DNA from: Selaginella moellendorffii
Taxonomy: Eukaryota; Plantae; Lycopodiophyta
DNA: 64,000 bases
Reading direction: 5' to 3'
NCBI RefSeq assembly: GCF_000143415.4
Contig: NW_003314312.1
Coordinates: 983,510-1,047,509 of the forward strand
A model generated the notes under the pieces. The model was not told where the DNA came from. It did no database searches and was given only the letters and a program-made list of their open reading frames with translations. Of this stretch, positions 37,233-49,200 are shown one piece after another (the first letter of the stretch is position 1; every line of letters starts with the position of its first letter). The translations under genes and the position numbers were made by a program.

Positions 37233-38727
37233 TTCTTTTAAAAGTGACAATACTATAGTATAGTAAAGTAATTCTAAATCTTATATTCTACTATAGGGTA
37301 GCATAAAAACCCTATATTTCACACTAGTTAATGCAATGTTTATCAAGGGGATGTTGTTCCTCATTATGAAGCAATAGTGGATATGTATCTATAATTCATT
37401 CTTGAATCTATTGTACATTTACATATGCACATTTTATAGATTTATTATTGGCTAGTTGCTATAGTGCTCAAGAAAAGTTTGTAAACCTATAAAGCCATTT
37501 GTTTTATAAAAAAAAAGGTTATGCATTAGACATTAAATATAATAGTGTTTTATGCTTTCAAATAGTCCTGCCATGTTAGGAACAAGATCTTGCAAAACTA
37601 TATGGCATTATTATTGAAGCATTAAAGGCAATCCTTCTTTAGTAACAAGATTTAGAATTTCATATATAAAGAGCTCTAGTTCACCTTCTCTAAAACCCCC
37701 AATAAAAAGAGGAGTATTATGTGGAGGTAAAAGTGGAATATTGGTAGAACTTCGGGATAAAAGTGGAGATTAATATGAAATTTTTGGGGGCCAAGTATGA
37801 GTAACAATGACTTTCTTTCAAGCTATTTTGATACAAATTTCCAAGGAGCCTATATAGCCATTCAAATGTAATTAAGCTTGTATAAGATTAAATATAAAAA
37901 GCTTGATTAATATTGACCTCATATGTGATTTTATAATTGTTTATTTTCTTCCTTGATGCCATTACATGATCAATTTTTACTAACTAAGTGATATTTGCAA
38001 TTTCTCAAAAAGGGTAGGGGACTAAGGAAAAAAGGAAAAAAGGTATCCTAGTAAGAAAAAGATTTAATTAGTCCCACATAACAAGAATATTAGCTAAAAT
38101 GTATGGTGATATAAAATTTATCTTGGTTAAAAAAACTATGAAACCTAGAGTACCAACTTTTGCATTACAACTTTTACTCACAAATCTTTTATTTTCCTTG
38201 TTTCCCATCTTCTTTTGAATGAAAAAATAGTATGTACAGTTGTAAAAGTAATCAAATCAAAATATAACAATTACAACAGTAGTCATAATAAAATAATATA
38301 GCTTTACAAAAAATAAATTCTTAGTGTATCAAGTACATAGATAAAAGTTCCATGGGTCAGATGACGAAGCACAGTGCCACACTGCAACACAACTTGAAGA
38401 ACTGTTCTTCAATCTCTCAACTTGGGAGAGTTATAGCGCTTTCCTGACCCTGTGGGTTCATATATGGGAGAGCTTACCTTGAGGACAAACCAGCATTGCT
38501 TGTAGTAGAACGAGTTGTGTGCATCTTGTGGATGCTGGAGAGGACTCTTGTGCTGCTGGTGATTCTGGTGATGGAGCGACAGCGGTATTCGACGAGCCCT
38601 CACCCGGAATTCAAAAGTGATTGCTGTGGGGCTTTGATTACTCCGTGACGTGGCAGTTGCTTTGGGTTTTCAAGGAATCTTAGCCCTGGCATTGCAGCAC
38701 TCCTGGATCTCGGCCACGTAAATTTGC

Positions 38728-38758
<31 letters not shown>

Positions 38759-38866
38759 GCTCCTCGTCATTCCCTGCTGATCCCAGGATCTGAGGGAGAG
38801 AGAGAGCGAGCGAGAGAGAGGGCTACAAACGTTCGTCTCGTAATTCCAAAAGAGTTTGGCGTCTAT

Positions 38867-40000
38867 CTACAAGCGGCAAAGAGCAACGAAGATGCCCTCC
38901 ACAATGAGAGCTGCGAGCTCTCCCGGACTTCCCGTGGCTCCTGCGCGCGTGAGAACAGAGAGATACTGTCCATGTCTCGCCGGCGGAACGCCGCTCAAAT
39001 CCTCCGCATTCGCCGAGGCCCGCGTGAGTAAGGACCGCCACTCCTCCCTACCGATCAAACTCGCCTCGCCCAAGTGCCGCTCTGTCGAGCCAACATCCAG
39101 CAGCAGCGTAAGGGGGAAGTGGAGGCCAGTGACTCCCGAGACCAGGTACGTGAGCAGCAATCGTCCAAGCCGTCCATTCCCATCACCGAAGGGATGGATC
39201 GCCTGGAACTCCAAGAAGAAGCGCGCTGCCAATTTGGCCACGTCCACCACGAATGCAGCACTTCCCATCTCCCTCGCGTAGTACACGTTCTCCAGCTCGC
39301 TGTTGGTGGCGGCCACTAGCAGCTCCATCTCCTCCCTGATCATCTCCGGTGCCACTCTCTCGCTCGACAATGTGCCATCCAGCTGCTTTATCCAAGCTCG
39401 CTGGATCCGATAGTCACCTATCCGCGCATCCTCCTCTGTCGGACTCGCGACAACCACCGCGTGGAGCTTCTTGATCCTCGAGATGGAGAGGTGGGGCACG
39501 GGCACTCGGCTGCTCAGCTCCTTATCTTTCGAGATCCAATCCTTAATGTCTTCCAGCCCGTTGCAAAAGCTCACAAGCCGCCGCTTCTTATCCTCGTCCA
39601 CGTAAAAGCCTCCATCGCCGTCGCTTGCTCCAATCGCCACCGCCGTCTCGGCTACAGACTCCATTCCTACATAAGACCAATGTTAAAAGGCCTTTAACCT
39701 TTTCCTAGCTAGCTTTTTACCTGCATTCATCTCCCACACCCGCTTAGATCACTAGACTTCTCTGGAGCAGCGCTGCCCCGTCTTTCCTTGTCCATGCGTC
39801 GTGAATCGCCCGTCGCAGCAGCAGCGCCTCTACACCCTACCTATCTTGGTGCAAGCAGCAAACACGAACAGCGCGAGCATTGCACGATCTTGCTCCGGCG
39901 GCAGCGGCTGCGCGATCTTCGTCGATATAGCATCAGCCACAGTGGTGAGATCGCTCCAGCGCCAAGCCGGACGAAGCGGGACCCGAAACCCTAGCGCCAT
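38867..40000 (-). CDS. Fic/Fido-domain protein A (predicted 319 aa; exons 40000-39841 and 39666-38867)
   Basis: Catalytic motif HPFGDGNGRLGR (39161-39196), LSISRIKKLH and GDYR. The upstream exon MALGFRVPLRPAWRW...MLALFVFAACTKI joins in phase 1 (G|GA) and aligns with the N-terminus of Fic B (PAWR; ML..FV). TATAAAA at 40040-40046. Confidence 0.85.
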
Positions 40001-40735
40001 CACTACTAGCACAAAAGAAGAATACTACAAGCCCCGCCCTTTTATAGCCTCTTCCTTCCAGAATATTCTCTAGCTCTAGGGTTCTTCCGTGGGAGAAGCG
40101 CGGGAAATGCAGCCGGGGCGATCGATCACGCCAGCCGCGACGTCGCGAATCCGGCCGCATTCGCTAGGTCCGGAAATATTCCTCGCGGATTGGAGCTCGA
40201 GGCAGTGGCGAATATGGCCGTCCGGGTGGAGCTCGCAGATGGGGCGAAGCTCCAACGCTCTTCCCGCAAAGGTCGGGGCTGCGATCTCTCATTTCTTCTC
40301 TTCAAGCTTCTCATAGCTTTTTCGTATGTTTTTTTTTCCTTTCTTTGTTTGCTTTAGCTTCCGCCAGGCATTGAGATGGCTATCGATGCCACAGGAGCTC
40401 CACTTTTTGGAGATTGTTGTTTTTCTGGTGCGTTGATGCGTTGATATCACGGTAATTTAAGCTTTCACCTTATAGATTCTTTCCAATGACAGGTTCTCTC
40501 TTCTTCTTTATAGAATCCAATACGTTACTGCAAGATATTGTTCATCTTGTGTGGCTGCTAGCTTATGATCGATGCTTGTCTCAGTGGACGTCTACGCTCT
40601 CCAAAGGTACATGGCGTGACCATCCTCACTGTTGTGGATAAGCCACTCAAGGGCATCACGCCACTGGAGATCCATCTCCTGTTGCTTAACTTTTTTCGTT
40701 CTCTATGCCAAGGTAAGTCTCTGTGGCTTTAGCCT

Positions 40736-41701
40736 TCACTGAGAGTGTTGTCTTCCAGGATCATCATCAGTCCTACACGTTTGTGGAGCTTCCATCCCCG
40801 CCGCCACGAAAAACTTCTTCCACCCGACATAGAGGCCTTCGGTGTAGATGGCAATGAGTCGGCCGGGATCTCGGGTCTCTGAAGACGATGCGTGCTGCCC
40901 CTCCTGCTTCTCCTCCTGAAAGCAGCTGCGGTACAAGCCATAGTCAACAATGTCTTCACTGTCCACCAGGTACGCATTGTTGGGGGCCAGCTGAGGTGTG
41001 ATGCTGGAGAGGAGATAGGCGAGCAGGAGCCTTCCAACCCGTCCGTTTCCGTCTCGAAACGGATGAATAAGCTCGAAGTTGAGGAAGAAATCGACTGCCA
41101 GGTGCAAGAGCTTAGCAGTAAAGGTTGCAAGATCTTCTTGCTCGGTGCAGAAGACGTCGTCCAGCTTGGTGTTGGTGTCGCCCAGGAGCTGCTGCAACCT
41201 GTGAGGTACCTGGGAGTGCTCCACGAACTGGTGAAAGGAGCCGTCCTTGAGGCGAACCCAGACGTCGCGGTCCCTGAATCTGCCCGCCTCCGCCTCCCAT
41301 CCATCGCGGTTCTGGAAGAGGACCTTGTGGAGCCTCTGGATGGCCGATATCGTCAAAACTGGCTGCCGGGACTCGCCAGCAGCTTGCTCCACCAGGCGAT
41401 AGGCGTCGTGCAGGTTGACGGTGACAACGAAATCCTCCTCGTGTTGCTGCTGCGCGTCTCCTCGAGTAACTGCATCAATGACGGCCCGCGTCTGAGGGAT
41501 GGAATCGTAGCCTTCGCCGTTGATGGTGTTGACTTGGTACACGAAATCCACTAGCATTTGCTTCCGGCAGAGGGCCGCCGCTGCCTCGTTGATCTGTGTC
41601 GATGATTTGTAGAACTCGCCAAGGAAGCTCGCGATGGCTCTTACCAGCCAGGTCGTGCTGCGCCGCACCCTCTTCCGCCACGCCGGATGCTCAATCGCCA
41701 T
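40736..41701 (-). CDS. Fic/Fido-domain protein B (321 aa, intronless; class II-like with N-terminal inhibitory motif)
   Basis: HPFRDGNGRVGR (41030-41065), LTISAIQRLH, AGRFRDRDVWV, and FVYQVNTINGEG with TINGEG matching (S/T)xxxE(G/N). TATAAAA at 41749-41755. Confidence 0.92.
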   Translation of the reverse strand: MAIEHPAWRKRVRRSTTWLVRAIASFLGEFYKSSTQINEAAAALCRKQMLVDFVYQVNTINGEGYDSIPQTRAVIDAVTRGDAQQQHEEDFVVTVNLHDAYRLVEQAAGESRQPVLTISAIQRLHKVLFQNRDGWEAEAGRFRDRDVWVRLKDGSFHQFVEHSQVPHRLQQLLGDTNTKLDDVFCTEQEDLATFTAKLLHLAVDFFLNFELIHPFRDGNGRVGRLLLAYLLSSITPQLAPNNAYLVDSEDIVDYGLYRSCFQEEKQEGQHASSSETRDPGRLIAIYTEGLYVGWKKFFVAAGMEAPQTCRTDDDPGRQHSQ

Positions 41702-42459
41702 CTCTTGTGCTCTGCCCTAAGGTTTGGAATAGGTGCAACACTTTTCTATTTTATAGAACGCACTACCTTTTATTATGAATTTATCCATGTTGCTATTCCT
41801 TTTTTATTTATAAGCCTTTTTTGGGCATGTGACAGTGGTACAAAAGTACAGTGACCTTTTTGAATTCAAACACATAGGCAAATTAAGATTTAGAGCTTGC
41901 ACAACTGCTACACTTTTGTTTAATGTTGCTAAACATACTTATGAAGCATATAAAAAACAAAAAGATCAAAATTCTAAAGAATATCCTTCAAAAGGGTTAT
42001 ACATCCCATTTGATAATCTTGAATATCAATTATATTATGGTGATTTGAAGTTAAACTTAGTTGAAAAAGTCACGAAACATGGACGACATGCCATTAAACT
42101 TTGTTGTATATACCAATTTTTGGCTAAATTGCTCTTGATGTTAAATAATTTATTAGAGTTATGAGTGAAATGCTATATTAGTGTTGTAAATGTGACTATG
42201 GGTATTAAAAACTACTTGTCAATAGGTCTTTTTGAATATTCTTTTTATACTACTATAACAATAGGAGATTAGTATTGTTAGTTCCTTTTATTAGTCTCTG
42301 CCCATGCTAGTTTAGAAACCCATGCTTATAGCATTGAAATTGTAGCATGGATACATACCCAAAATAAATATAATTTCCTTTCCAAAAAAAGTAAGTAATA
42401 TTTTTTCTAGTTCTCAACCCTTTTTGGGGAGAGTGATCATGTTCTTTAGGATTTCAATG

Positions 42460-45400
42460 TTTTTATTATTTGAGTGCTTCATAAACATTGAGCAACACCA
42501 ATAAAACACATATCACCATTAACAAATTGTAACAATTGTGCCACAGCTCTAAATTTATGCATTTGAGCTTTAGATGGTCTCTGGTATAATACATATTTAA
42601 TGGAATAATGCACAACACCAAAAATGGCTCTTTTTTTTTCCAAATTAAAGGTTGATATATAAAGACATGTACTCTAGGTTTCATATTTTTCTCATAAGTT
42701 AAACTTTATATCACCTTACACTTTAGCCAATATTCTAAGATACTTTTTGTCCTTTTTCCCTTAGTCCCTTGCCCTTTTTGAGAAATTGCAAATATCACTT
42801 ACTTAGTAACCACTCAAAGAGAGAGAAACTAATTATGTAATGGCAATAAGGAAGAAAGTAAATAGTTATCTGGAAAGGGTGTTATTACTCTCGTACAAGC
42901 AATTAGAGTGGAATATTGAGTACATTGCATGGTAGGATCTTGTTGAGTCTAATATAAATCTAATTACATTTGAATGGGTGCCTAAAGCCAATTGTGTATG
43001 TTACTGTTATTTTTTACACTAATTACCACATGCTATATGGTAAAAAAATATTTTTGCTTTTTTCTTTCACAAATAAATGAGCTAGCAGATCCTCACATTA
43101 TCCATTGAGACATCAAATCATCAATAGCAATAAAACATAATAATAATTAATTCATCAAAGTGATAATTTTTGTAGTGAATAGTTTTCACCTATAAACATC
43201 ATCACTCAGGGAAAATATGGATGGATTGCTAATAATATGCTAAAGCAAGGGATGACCATAAAAAATTTGCTTCCCCATGATAGAGAGTGTTACATCATTA
43301 TCTTTGAGACAAGAGAGGTGTACCAGTAAGCAAAATTGGGATGATTAATAATGGTTAGGTGGTTTCATTTCACCCATGGGTGTCAAGATTCATGGCAAAG
43401 GAGTGGAACTCTCAATGAAGTGTTTAAGGAATAAGTATGAAATGAGTAATAAGTGAGTCTCTAGAAAAGGGATACAAGAGGACTAACATATGACATATGA
43501 AAGTGTCAAAATGGACCCAAGATGAAGTTCGAGATAGACCTGAGACAAAGTCCAAGATGGAATCTAAGATGGACCTGAGATGGAATCCAAAATGGACCCA
43601 AGATGGAGTCCGAAATGGAGTTCGAGATAGAGTTTGAGATAAAGTTCAAGATGGACTTGAGATGGAGTCTGAGATAGAGTCCGAGTTGGAGTCTAAGATG
43701 GAATCTGATATTAGTTATAGGTAATATACCTTCTTCTAGACAATGCTATCTTACATACAATTGTTTACAAGATATTGAAGGAGGAGATGGCAACACACAA
43801 GTGTTATAAAGAGATATTGATAGGTGAAAATGATAATTTGCAATTATTATATTTGACATTAACATTGTCACTAATATCTAACACTTTCACAAACATCTTA
43901 ATAAGTTTTTCATTTTATGTAAGGATGCAATTAACTTTCTTCTACCTTATCATCAATATATTGATTCCTTTTATACTTTTTCCTATAATGGTATTGTAGG
44001 GAAGATTCACTTTGCATTTGTTGAGCTATAGCTTCTGTATAGTTGAAGAGACTTCCAAAGCCTCAAATTCTAGAAACTCCAGGTAATTATGATCTATAAA
44101 ACAAAACTAAACATGTATTGAAAATCTTTATAGACATAATTTACCTCCTTAAGGTTAGAGGCAACTCATAAAATCCTCTAATTTAGCATTTGAAAAATAA
44201 TGTTCTTTAATAGCAAACAATGACCTACTAGAGTCATATGCTGCCTCCACTATAGAATCATTATCTGTTGTCCAATTAATCACAACACTATCTAGTGGGC
44301 AATAAAGCTCAAGCAAGATTTGCATCACTGATAAAGTTTGAAATTAATACTCTGGAAATGTGTTGTAGATTTGCTCATCCACAAGGTTGGGTATGATGTT
44401 AGTGGAACTATCATACTTAGAAAAACTATGTGCTACATACTTGTTATCACGAAACTTGTCATGTGTGTTTCTACAAAAGGCATGATAAGTCCAATCTGGA
44501 AAATAAGAAAGTTTAGAAATTAGATAAAAATATAAAGTATATACTCACCTTTTCAAGCTTCCCTTGGACGCCCATAATATTAACACCAATAGGTTTTATA
44601 ATCCACCCAGAAAAGAATGACTTGAAACAAACTTTTGCTGCATATATCATAAGCTTATACATAGAATCGAGGTTGTTTGGTAGGATGAAGACAACATGGC
44701 CAGCTTCAAGTATAAATGCTTATGAAATATAGTTGATTAACCATGCATTTGGGCATTTTCCTAACAATAAGAATTATGACCTTAACACTCAAGGTTACAG
44801 TCTTGATAGTTAGGACTTAGAAAGAAGTGGTAATTACCACCATGTAAGAGTATTTAAGGGGGAGTACTTAGGATTTTAATACCTTTCTTATTTAAGTGCT
44901 TCATAAGTATGTGAAACAACACTAATAAAAAACACACCACCATCAATAAGTTGTAGCAATTGTGCCAAAGCTCTAAATTTATATTTGCCTATGCATTTGA
45001 GTTTTAGATGGTCTCTATTAATATTTCATGGTACAATATATATTTCATGGGATAATGCATAACACTAAAAATGGATTTTTTAGTTCTAAACCAAATGTTG
45101 GTATATGAGGACATGTACTCTAGGTTTCATAGTTTTCTTAACCAAGTTAAACTTTATATCAATATACACTTTAGCCAATATTCTACTTTAATTTGTTATA
45201 TAAGATTAATTAAATCTTTTTCTTACTCCCTAACCAAACAAAAATCCATCTTAAAATAAATATATTACATAATATTAAATATTTTAAAGTAGTATATTTA
45301 ATATTTTTTATTAAGGTTGGGAATCTTCACACAACAACAAACTTGCTCTACATGAGAATGCCTTATTCATTGATTACCTCAAGAATGCCTAAGTTATGCT

Positions 45401-46278
45401 CATTTAAGTTTGATCTTAACTGTAAAGAAAATAACTATCGGAAAAAAATTAACTATCTCCTCCTAGTTGATATTTAAAATGATTATTCCAGATAGAAAAG
45501 CTTGAAAGAGTAACAACAACAATAAAGTATCATTAGTCAAGAAAGCAAGAAAAAACAATTTTGACTGAAAAATGGCTAAGTATTTATTATGCCATCCCAA
45601 TGGTGCATGATATTTTTTTAGATTCTAGACTCAACAGAGCAACCATGATCATGGTAGTGTGGGATGACGTAAAAAAATTTATTTAGAGCTTGTGCTCCAT
45701 GAAATATGCTAAGCTCCTCTCTTGTTTGCTTTGTATGTGCTAAATGTTGGAACCAGACAACACTAATTTGTATATAATGCAACTCAAGTTTAACAAACTA
45801 AAATCCTGACAAAAGCCACAATAATAGTTAAGTTGTTGAATTGATTGATTGTAACTCTAGTTCTTTGAAGAGATGGCAAAATAAAAAACAATGCAAACAA
45901 TTTCACCATTAATGTGACTCGTGAAAGTGATTATTAAAACAATCACGCCCACTGCAAATATGCATTTTGGAAGTGAATATAAGTTTTCTATGGTCTTCTC
46001 CTTGAGGTCCTTAAATCCTATATATTTTGAAAGATTTGTAATAATAATAATATCTACTATAAGTACATTCTTTTTTATCATGAATTATTGTAATCTTCAA
46101 TTTAACATCCTTCTATTTTAATAACGTATCATTCTTTGTTACCATGTAAGTGAATTTGGAGTTTTATACATTTATCAAGACCAAGACAAATTGAGAAAAA
46201 AACAATCTAACTTTTGTTTACATTAACTTAGAAATAGATATGTTCAAATTAGTAAGAACAATAAATACAAATTAATAT
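42460..46278 (-). repeat. Right arm of the inverted repeat (continues at ~51370-51950 beyond a gypsy insertion)
   Basis: See the left-arm matches. Also an internal ~280-bp direct repeat at 42460-42740 and 44880-45185. Confidence 0.8.
43510..43710. repeat. 11-12 bp minisatellite (consensus ~GATGGAGTCCGA), about 17 units
   Basis: Direct read: gatggacctga, gatggagtccga, gatagagtttga and similar units. Confidence 0.85.
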
Positions 46279-49200
46279 TATGAGGCCCAAGTGTACAACT
46301 ATGATGCCATATACTAATATTAGCATAGTGGGATTTTGGTAGTTATCAGATTGGTTTCAATTCAAACCATTCACTCCTTTATATAATCTAAAGTTTTTGA
46401 GTTAATTAATATGCATATTTCCGTATTCCATTTCTATATTCAATGCACTCACATTAGTGGAAGTGAGGGGCAACTTTGATTGTCTTTAAAGAGTGCTAAG
46501 ATTTGGGATTTTGGTTAGATTTAGTTTTTGCATTGTTTAAATCTCTTTTTTCTTATAATTTTTCTTAACTTTTTTTCTTTTGCTCTCTCCTTTTTGTTCA
46601 TCTTCATGGCAGAGCAGTAACCTCCTCCTTTAACTCTAGAGTAATAGTTGATGCAATTGCTCGATGCTATGCAATTACAATTAAACAATCAAACTCAGTT
46701 GATAACAGCATTCACAACATATGGTGTAGCTCCTCTTGCTCTTGCTACCAATCCTTGAGTCCAACCAAAGTTCTTCTATGGGAGTCCTGAGGATGATATA
46801 TATCATTGGTTTGATCACTTTATAGTGATTGCCATATACCATTCTTGGGATGATACTTAGTATTGCGTGAATTTCCTACGTGTGTTCAAGGGACAGTGTT
46901 GCAATGGTACAATGGTTTGAGTGCAGCCATTTGTAAGGATTAGAGCATTCTTTCTAATGTTTTCAAACATGCATTTGGATATGCTGATGATTGTGATGAT
47001 GCTTTCTAACTTATCTTTGTTATGGACTATTTGAGTCCATGATGCAATTTAGCATTTGTTTTCGAAACCTCTTGCTTCGTGCAAAGCTAAATATGTCAGA
47101 ATTGATCAAGTTGGGAATATTATGGCCTAGACTTCATCAAAATTTTNNNNNNNNNNNNNNNNNNNNNNNNNNNNNNNNNNNNNNNNNNNNNNNNNNNNNN
47201 NNNNNNNNNNNNNNNNNNNNNNNNNNNNNNNNNNNNNNNNNNNNNNTCAACAATGCTAGCAATGGTGTAGTACAAGAAAAAAGAGGATCAAGAAAACGGC
47301 TAAGATACTACACCTTGCCCAGAAAATGTTGCACATCATTTATACATTTCAGAGTAAGGAACTTTAGAATAACCATAAGTTTGTCAAGATAAACTTGCAA
47401 GCCCTCACAAGAAATATGATACCCAAGATAAGTTGTGCTTTTAGATCTAAACAAACATTTCGACTACTTCAACTTTAAACTAACTTCCTATAATCAATCC
47501 AACACCTTTCAAATATCACAGACATGTTCCTCCCACATCCCCTCTAAGTGGATCAAAATATCATCAATAAAGTTAGCAATAACTTCTAGAATATCATAAA
47601 AAACCTTGTCTATCATCTGCTGAAAAGTTAATGGAGCATTGTTCAAACCAAATGGTATCAATTAAAACTTATACAAACCAAATGGTGTACAAAAAGAAAT
47701 CTTAGGAATATTTTCCTCAACCATTAGCACTTGTTAGTACCTAAAAATAGAATCTAACTTGCCCAATTAACAACTTCTCCCTAAACAATCNNNNNNNNNN
47801 NNNNNNNNNNNNNNNNNNNNNNNNNNNNNNNNNNNNNNNNNNNNNNNNNNNNNNNNNNNNNNNNNNNNNNNNNNNNNNNNNNNNNNNNNNTATGCACTTG
47901 CTTCAGCCACCCTTAACAATGCTCTTCACTTGGCATAACATTATGGGATAATACATTTTCCACTTCTCATTACATGTCCTTCAGCTCCACTTCTTGTGGG
48001 AGATAGTCCTATTTTAATAGAGGTTGATATTATTGCTACCCAAGTTCAAGGACAAAAGCGAGGATGTGGTTGTGGCTATGATGTCCATTGTTGGGCATGT
48101 GATGAAGTTAGTCACACTTATCGGTGTTCTTGGTGTTTTCCAAATTGGTGACCTCTATTTCTTAAGTGGAGACCTTAGCATTAACAATGTCCTATTGGTG
48201 TTGCTATAGTAGAAGTTCTGGACACGAAGATGCTTTTACAAAATGAGAAGTCGTGCAAGTAGTAGAAGGGTCTTACACAAATAAGTCAGTAACCCCTTTA
48301 TCTTTCTTTTGGGAGTATCATGAAGGTTCACTTGACACTAATTTAGTGTTTATTTTCTAAGTTTATTTTTATAATAAAAAGTCTTCTATTATTCTCTCTA
48401 TGTTATTTGATACAAGCTTGAGCTTATCTTCTATTGCTTGGCCTGTTGCCACACATTGTCATTTACATTTGTACTGTGTAGCAAAGCTAGTTTTCATTCT
48501 ATATGGCAACATCCGTACATATGCATATGTACAAAATAAGGTAAACCTAGTTATGTGTGTGGGTGATTTTAAGCTTGAGTTGTAATCATTGCAAGTGGGG
48601 TTGAGTCAAGCTTTTGACCTCATCCTTGCTATAGATTAGTTGCAGCACAATCATGCCATTTCTGAAAGTGTGACATATCCTCAATTGAGACATCAAAATG
48701 TAAAGTGCCTTAGTTAAAAATATGGTTTAGGGTTTAGGGTTTAGGGTTTAGGGAATTCACTCCAGACACGAATGTTAGAACACTACTAGATTGAGGAGGA
48801 AGTATTGTAAAAAAAATTGCAGATACACTAGCAAGAGCACTAATTTTCATGTAGTGAGTTAAATAGTCAGAAGCAATAATGATATATTCATTATCAATAG
48901 TCAATCATGAAAAAAGCTCTATAATATCAAACACCATTAAATCAAATAGAAGGGAAATTACAACTCATTCCAATTATCTTTTTGCAACATGAGGAGGAGT
49001 ATTACAAGCTTGGCACCAAATGCAGTTGTGCACATACCAGATAATATCACGTCGCATCTTTGGTTACTAGAAACACTTATGCAACTTCTTAGTCACATGA
49101 CGATGCCCCATATGCCTGCCTAGAACAAGACAATCATAGTAGGCATGGAGAAAGTATATAATAAAAATCAAAGACACCACCACTTATAAATGATTATTAG

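Larger units (their letters stand above)
34450..38160 (+). repeat. Left arm of a long decayed inverted repeat
   Basis: Reverse-complement matches seen by eye: 34540-34840 with 51540-51830; 35000-35650 with 45680-46270; 36030-37150 with 43715-44860; 37850-38160 with 42660-42980. Confidence 0.8.

Noticed and set aside
41829-42164. 111-aa ORF divergent from Fic B as a possible antitoxin
   Set aside because: Non-ATG start, AT-rich, abuts LTR-like debris at ~42183, and has no (S/T)xxxE(G/N) motif. More likely a decayed repeat.
43510-43710. Possible CRISPR-like array
   Set aside because: Contiguous 11-12 bp degenerate units without unique spacers, in a eukaryotic context. It is a minisatellite.
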